A stretch of DNA of 45,418 nt from Bigelowiella natans CCMP2755 (taxonomy: Eukaryota; Protista; Cercozoa), in the NCBI GenBank assembly GCA_000320545.1, contig ADNK01000258.1, positions 1 through 45,418 on the forward strand, written 5' to 3'. This document shows positions 40,874-45,418 of the stretch, one piece after another (within the stretch, counting starts at the first letter, position 1; every line of letters begins with the position of its first letter). The notes below the pieces were generated by a model that was not told where the DNA came from, did no database searches, and was given only the letters and a program-made list of their open reading frames with translations. Both the position numbers and the translations under genes were made by a program.

Positions 40874-43220
40874 CTATTTTTTGGAAGATGTAGTAGTCTC
40901 AGTTGGATGCTTAGCCCCTTTTAAATAGATAATCACTGCAGTAATATCATCGATTACCTCCTCCTCCTGTCGGTTATTTACAAAAGATTACATTACAGAT
41001 GGTTTAAGTAAATGTGTAGTGTCAGAAGAATCTTCCTCTTCCAAGATTAACGTTCTCTTCTTCTTCTTCTTCATCTTCTTCTTCTATTCTCTCCTCTCTC
41101 TTTCTCTTTATTCCAGATAATACCATTTGCCATCTACTCGTGGCCTCCTCCACTATTGCTTTCACTGCCTTCTGCGGATTGCTCTGCTTTGCTACGATAT
41201 CCACCGCGGTCTGATTGTCAATGAACTCCCAAATACCTGGCAATTGCATGAACGGAGTAGTACGTGCAAAATGAGATCTCTTATATCAGCGTGCGAAAGG
41301 GAGGTTGCAAGGCAATGACCATCTGATCCAATGATAATGAACTGGTCAACGCCTTCTTTGATGTCGTACTCCAGGATTTCAGGAGTGCAGATAACACCGA
41401 CAGATGCCGCCAGCTTGTCCCCGAATGATCGGGTCATAGCAAGGCCAGGAATATCTATATCCGATACGAATAATGCTCAGAATATATGACCAAAAATCCA
41501 ATTACTCATCTAGTTTTCGAATATTAACAACTGTGATACTATCACTAGGTACACGCTCGAGTGACCCAAAGGCGCAAAGTATCATCGAGTAGGAGGAGAA
41601 AAGTACATCTACCTATTATAATGATCATCAACACTCCTACTTCTACTTCTACTTGTAGCACTACCTTGATACTTCAACCACACCCTCATTGGTCCCACTG
41701 GATTACCATCCATATCTTGACATGCTTGCACACGTCCATTGTTCTGATTTAAAGGAGGAGGAGGAGGAGGAGGAGGAGGAGGAGGAGGAAAACACTGAGG
41801 TACTATTCAATGGAAGACACCGAATGATGGATGGAAACAACAATTTGGGAATTGTCATCAATCCTCCTTCATGAAGAGCGTACGTTCTATGATGGCATAA
41901 GTAATAACAAATGCTACTACATCGATTATCCTCTTGGCCTCTGATTCCACCTCTGGTTTTTGATCTTTCGAAAGACCTTTACCACTATGAAGAAGAAGAA
42001 GAAGAAGAAGAAGAAGAAGAAGAACAATAACAACAATAACAACAACCACATGAGCAGCAGCAATCATATTTGTCTATTAGAGCATAGTCTATGGTAGAAG
42101 TGCTTCATCAGCGACAACAATGTGTGGTGTATTAGCAGAGAGTAGTACGTACATGAGCTTGCCATCAACCATGGTACCAATTACAGCCCGACTATCTCCT
42201 ACGAAAAACACACGATGTCCACTGTTAATTTTCAGACACAATTGAGTACGCAGATAGATACGATTCGGGATTGTTTGATTTTTATTCACATGTTTCTGAT
42301 CGGCAAGCACAAATCGCTTCTCATGTTTGTATGGTGATAGCACAGAAAACTATTGGTTGTCTTAGGATTATGATCCACCCCTATTTGTCCTTCTATCTAA
42401 TAATCATACGCACGAATCAAAGCACCTGAGTTGCACGTGTAGATTTTATGGTCATCGATGTAACATACTACTGCGGTGGTGCCGGAGCATGTAGTGTCTA
42501 TCCCGCTGTTGTTTTAACATATTATTACAACACACACATCCAACACGTAAACGACGACAGGTCTTGGCAGGTTTCGAAGAAACAGATATCTCACCTCTTG
42601 TTTAATTTAACATTGGCTGCCTCAAAACATGTTGTGATTTCTTTATGTGGATTCTTCTCCAGCTGCGGCACTCCCTTCGCAGCGATCATTCCCGGTAAAT
42701 TGTCAATCAGAAATTGAGATACATCGTGGCCGACTTGCCCATGACCGTCGAATACCCCTGTTGTATTATTTCAAATATTATTTGGCCATCATGCGCTGTA
42801 GCAAGTCGACGAACAGATCACACGCTATCTATTACCGAATAAGCATTTCTTGGGGTCCTTTGCGAAGTTCAAGTTTTCAGTGCACCGATCCTGGTTGACT
42901 TTCCGAGAATTAAAAGGAATGTATCCAACACGTGATAAGGATGCGTGGCAAGAGACAATCCCCGTTTTGTCCTTGGTGATAGAGGATGATATCTTGTTGT
43001 GGGGGGACTGGGTTTCTGAGCCTGATACGCAAAAGTCATTACAATCACCATTAATTTGCTCCCCTCCTCTTCCTCCTCATATCTTCTATTGATCCCGAGA
43101 CAAACCTAATCCATCAAGCTGGGCCTCTTCCTTCAGACTTATTGAGCCTGGCATCACTGACAATCGTCTTCGCTGTGGAAATGAATTAAAAGCATATCAA
43201 GCTACAATTCAACTCTAAAC

Positions 43221-43265
<45 letters not shown>

Positions 43266-43507
43266 GTGTGTATATATACATATATTACTATATGTATACA
43301 AACATATTGGGACTTACTGGGGCGCTCTTGCCTGTGCCTGGCGTTTATTTTGGATGAATTTGGTACCATTTATATCACACCATTGCTCAGTCGAATCAAG
43401 TAGTATCAGCGTTCACCACAAAGACTTCCCCTACTCTCATTTCGACAGACACTCTGCATCACCCTGCTCTATCAATGTGCCCAACCCCCCCCCCCCCCCC
43501 CCCCCCC

Positions 43508-43581
<74 letters not shown>

Positions 43582-43872
43582 ACGCGCGCGTATAAAACTA
43601 AGAAATAGCATAACCAACCCTTTTTAGCTGTCTTGCTTTCTACACTGCTCCTGAGGAACATTGAAAATCTTAGTTGATAGATCAAGACCGAGTGTGCAGC
43701 CATAGCTTACATATTTGGAGTTGCGCTCGGATCTGATTGTTATCTCGTTGTAGCTAATAGATGATAATGGGGGAGGCCTCCAGTAGCGTTGTATGTGTCT
43801 TCTTGGTTCTTCTTTCGTTCTTTCTTTCGAAATATCTCTTTATTACACGGAAATGCATGCCATTTTCGCCAT
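40874..43872 (-). CDS. Protein phosphatase 2C (PPM family), multi-exon; 5' end uncertain (between ~43340 and 43872)
   Basis: SRVGYIPFNSRKVNQD, DGHGQVGHDVS, SGTTA, GDSRAV, LSKDQKPE, PGLAMTRSFGD, FIIIGSDG|IWEF and IDDITAVII. Stop TAG at 40874-40876. Confidence 0.92.
43485..43578. repeat. Compound poly(C)-(TC)n-(TG)n repeat
   Basis: A run of 26 C directly followed by (TC)n and (TG)n. Confidence 0.95.
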
Positions 43873-44087
43873 GAAGCTTCCAAAAATCCATGTCTCTTTC
43901 GCTTTTTGGGAACACACTTTGGTTCGCCTTAGGAAGTCCGTGGGAAAGTAAGCAGGAACTATTGTCGCGACAACAGTATTCCTTTGCAAATGTATTGAGC
44001 GACAAGACTTATTCATTGTCGTATTGCGTTTTTCCGACAGTTGATTGTCTCCACAATTGCATCGTTTCGATTTGGCCACGTGTCGGC

Positions 44088-44821
44088 ATGGCTTCCATCC
44101 CCTCCTCATTCGTGCCTTCGCTTGCTGCAGCTGTTACAGCAGTTGCAGCTGTTGTTACAGCGGTAATAGCACATCTTGGTCAAATGTATGTGTGTGCATT
44201 GTATAGTTATTCACGCATCTGATAACTTACTGAAGAATGTCGCGAGGAAGGAGAAGAAGAAAAAGTCCTTCGAAGCTAAAAGGTTATACAATCTTGGTTT
44301 TCCTGTATTAATTCCTCTGACTTTTCGTAATCATCATTATCCTAAGGGAAGTATCTCCTAATTCCGAGACGGTATTCATCATGGTATCAGGGGACCGATC
44401 TCAGGTCGTATTGGCCTCCTTTACATTTTACATCTGTGCTCACGACAATGATGACTGTGCTACTACTGCATGTTTCTGGTACTAGGTCGGAAAATCTAGC
44501 GTGTGCCTCGGTTTGTTAGGATCTCTGCTTGAAACAGGCATTGCAACTCCTCAACAGGTACATATTTAAGATAGTTCTCCTGTACCCAAGGATAAAATCG
44601 TGTAAACTTGATCGCTTTTGCAATTTATTGATGAGTGGTTGCGAGTTCTGACTGAGCAAATATTGGTTATGGGAAATGTCAATGATTCATTCCATTGCTT
44701 CTGGTCTCCTCAATCAAATCAAATCTTCTTTAGATTGCATATATCAAGCCTGCAACACAATGTGAAAAGCCAACACTTATCTCCAAATTCTGTCGATCAC
44801 GTAACATCCAATCGGTAATAT

Positions 44822-44908
<87 letters not shown>

Positions 44909-45181
44909 ATGTTTGTGTGAAGTGTGGTGATTAGAATAGGGGCATTCATCTGGCTGCACTTAGACCCATCCATTGTTATTCGCATTAGCATTTATACTAA
45001 CAATCAATTCATTTTTTTTACTAGATGCCAATTGGACCTGTTGTATATTTCTCTGGTTTTACCAGGAGCTTTCTCAATGTAATGATATCTCTCAATTGCC
45101 TGCTTTTCGACATAAAGCACACTTCGTTACCTTATTGAGCAAAACAGAGTTAATAAAATGACTGTACCATTAACAATATCG

Positions 45182-45214
<33 letters not shown>

Positions 45215-45343
45215 ACTACAACTACTACAACTACTGATGATTGTTTACTTGGCATCAATGCTTAGGGAAAACAGCCATCGTCCAACGTATTGCTGGATAA
45301 GGTAGAAGAGTAGTTACACCAGGCGAACTAGACGTACATCTCT

Positions 45344-45385
<42 letters not shown>

Positions 45386-45418
45386 ACACACACGCACACA
45401 CACACACACACACACACA
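44088..45418 (+). CDS. BioD/CobB-like (AAA_26) P-loop protein with N-terminal hydrophobic anchor; 3'-truncated by the window
   Basis: Short exons splice to MASIPSSFVPSLAAAVTAVAAVVTAVIAHL..VFIMVSGDRSQ|VGKSSVCLGLLGSLLETGIATPQQ|IAYIKPATQCEKPTLISKFC..|MPIGPVVYFSGFTRSFLN|GKQPSSNVLLDK. The GKS P-loop and YIKP are typical of the dethiobiotin-synthetase-like fold. The P-loop-containing exons are absent from the ORF track. Confidence 0.75.

Overview
Intron-rich eukaryotic nuclear DNA, not prokaryotic. The ORF track mostly shows exon fragments and microsatellite noise, so I rebuilt genes by hand from GT-AG junctions and conserved motifs. A hemB with a bipartite signal+transit leader points to an alga with a secondary plastid, most likely a chlorarachniophyte (inference). 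Twelve genes are supported: class I SAM methyltransferase (-), PEPCK-ATP (+), anoctamin (-), JmjC protein (+), divergent EF-1alpha-like GTPase (-), PWWP/KOW protein (+), MKT1-like (-), hemB (+), TMEM209-like (-), hypothetical (+), PP2C (-) and a BioD/AAA_26-like P-loop protein (+, runs off the end). A weak 13th fragment lies at 601-1038. The strongest signal is architectural. Strands alternate perfectly into six head-to-head pairs. Every tail-to-tail junction holds a purine/pyrimidine-alternating, palindrome-rich tract. Most pairs share an intron/microsatellite style, and several divergent spacers carry a TGTCGCA-type motif. Exon boundaries are manual and unverified by transcripts.
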